Positions 61,801 through 64,000 of a stretch of DNA of 64,000 nt are shown here, one piece after another (position 1 is the stretch's first letter; every line of letters begins with the position of its first letter). Location of the stretch: contig JAUCBJ010009132.1 of assembly GCA_032718475.1 (NCBI GenBank), positions 114,118 through 178,117 of the forward strand, in the 5' to 3' direction. The position numbers and the translations under genes are program-made. The stretch is from Nemertoderma westbladi. Its lineage: Eukaryota; Animalia; Xenacoelomorpha. A model generated the notes under the pieces. It worked only from the letters and a program-made list of their open reading frames with translations. It was not told the DNA's origin and made no database searches.

Positions 61801-64000
61801 TTGTGACAGCGACTATTCCCGTAGTTGCACCCACCTGAGCTGCCTTTGTGACCGCGACTATTCCCATTAGTTGCACCCACCTGAGCTGCCTTTGTGACAG
61901 CAACTATTCCCATTAGTTGGACCCACCTGAGCTGCCTTTGTGACAGCGACTATTCCCGTAGTTGGACCCACCTGAGCTGCCTTTGTGACAGCGACTATTC
62001 CCGTAGTTGGACCCACCTGAGCTGCCTTTGTGACAGCGACTATTCCCATTAGTTGGACCCACCTGAGCTGCCTTTGTGACAGCTACTACTCCCGTAGTTG
62101 GACCCACCTGAGCTGCCTTTGTGACAGCGACTATTCCCGTAGTTGGACCCACCTGAGCTGCCTTTGTGACAGCGTCTATTCCCATTAGTTGCACCCACCT
62201 GACCTGCCTTTGTGACAGCGACTATTCCCATTAGTTGGACCCACCTGAGCTGCCTTTGTGACAGCGACTATTCCCGTAGTTGGACCCACCTGAGCTGCCT
62301 TTGTGACAGCGACTATTCCCATTAGTCGCACCCACCTGAGCTGCCTTTGTGACAGCGACTATTCCCGTAGTTGGACCCACCTGAGCTGCCTTTGTGACAG
62401 CGACTATTCCCGTAGTTGCACCCACCTGAGCTGCCTTTGTGACAGCTACTATTCCCATTAGTTGCACCCACCTGACCTGCCTTTGTGACAGCGACTATTC
62501 CCAGTAGTTGGACCCACCTGAGCTGCCTTTGTGACAGCGACTATTCCCGTAGTTGGACCCACCTGAGCTGCCTTTGTGACAGCGACTACTCCCGTAGTTG
62601 CACCCACCTGAGCTGCCTTTGTGACAGCGACTATTCCCATTAGTTGCACCCACCTGAGCTGCCTTTGTGACAGCGACTATTCCCGTAGTTGCACCCACCT
62701 GAGCTGCCTTTGTGACAGCGACTATTCCCGTAGTTGAACCCACCTGAGCTGCCTTTGTGACAGCGACTATTCCCGTAGTTGGACCCACCTGAGCTGCCTT
62801 TGTGACAGCGACTATTCCCGTAGTTGGACCCACCTGAGCTGCCTTTGTGACAGCTACTACTCCCATTAGTTGCACCCACCTGAGCTGCCTTTGTGACAGC
62901 GACTATTCCCGTAGTTGCACCCACCTGAGCTGCCTTTGTGACAGCGACTACTCCCGTAGTTGGACCCACCTGAGCTGCCTTTGTGACAGCGACTATTCCC
63001 GTAGTTGGACCCACCTGAGCTGCCTTTGTGACAGCGACTATTCCCGTAGTTGGACCCACCTGAGCTGCCTTTGTGACAGCGACTATTCCCATTAGTTGCA
63101 CCCACCTGAGCTGCCTTTGTGACAGCGACTATTCCCGTAGTTGGACCCACCTGAGCTGCCTTTGTGACAGCGACTATTCCCGTTAGTTGGACCCACCTGA
63201 GCTGCCTTTGTGACAGCGACTACTCCCATTAGTTGCACCCACCTGAGCTGCCTTTGTGACAGCTACTATTCCCGTAGTTGGACCCACCTGAGCTGCCTTT
63301 GTGACAGCGACTACTCCCGTAGTTGGACCCACCTGAGCTGCCTTTGTGACAGCGACTATTCCCGTAGTTGGACCCACCTGAGCTGCCTTTGTGACAGCGA
63401 CTATTCCCATTAGTTGGACCCACCTGAGCTGCCTTTGTGACAGCGACTATTCCCGTAGTTGGACCCACCTGAGCTGCCTTTGTGACAGCGACTATTCCCA
63501 TTAGTTGGACCCACCTGACCTGCCTTTGTGACAGCGACTATTCCCATTAGTTGGACCCACCTGAGCTGCCTTTGTGACAGCTACTACTCCCGTAGTTGGA
63601 CCCACCTGAGCTGCCTTTGTGACAGCTACTACTCCCATTAGTTGGACCCACCTGAGCTGCCTTTGTGACAGCGACTACTCCCTTAGTTGGACCCACCTGA
63701 GCTGCCTTTGTGACAGCTACTATTCCCATTAGTTGCACCCACCTGAGCTGCCTTTGTGACAGCGACTATTCCCATTAGTTGGACCCACCTGAGCTGCCTT
63801 TGTGACAGCGACTATTCCCATTAGTTGGACCCACCTGAGCTGCCTTTGTGACAGCTACTACTCCCGTAGTTGGACCCACCTGAGCTGCCTTTGTGACAGC
63901 TACTACTCCCATTAGTTGGACCCACCTGAGCTGCCTTTGTGACAGCGACTACTCCCATTAGTTGCACCCACCTGAGCTGCCTTTGTGACAGCGATTATTC
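49848..64000. repeat. 45/46-bp satellite, >14 kb (~310 copies), runs off the window end
   Basis: Unit TAGTTG(G/C/A)ACCCACCTGAGCTGCCTTTGTGACAGCGACTATTCC(CG/CAT/AAT). Confidence 0.99.

Noticed and set aside
49848-64000. Dozens of ORFs (GIVAVTKAAQVG / GNSRCHKGSSGG repeats)
   Set aside because: By-products of a 45/46-bp satellite; 46-bp units repeatedly break the frame.

Overview
AT-rich genomic DNA from an animal, most likely a bilaterian marine invertebrate (spliceosomal introns, twist, actins, a CTCF-like site); the species cannot be determined. 1-7.7 kb: an internally deleted BEL/Pao LTR retrotransposon (+), encoding Gag-protease only. 8.9-24.7 kb: a young ~15.8-kb BEL/Pao element (-) with near-identical 1.14-kb LTRs. 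This element is the most unusual object in the window. It has a tRNA-like Pol III cassette in each LTR, no recognisable tRNA primer-binding site or TSD, an extra downstream gene with three CCHC zinc knuckles, and a ~20-nt hairpin motif repeated 9 times at roughly 2-2.5-kb intervals in coding and non-coding regions. 26-39 kb: a highly divergent but intact actin and a canonical actin in tandem, separated by nested RTE-type LINEs and a non-autonomous DNA element. 41-47 kb: probable last two exons of a ZP-like membrane-protein gene (-), a foldback element, and a two-exon twist gene (+). There are three satellites (51, 37 and 45/46 bp; the last >14 kb) and a tRNA-derived SINE. All comparisons were made by eye; boundaries of degenerate repeats are approximate.
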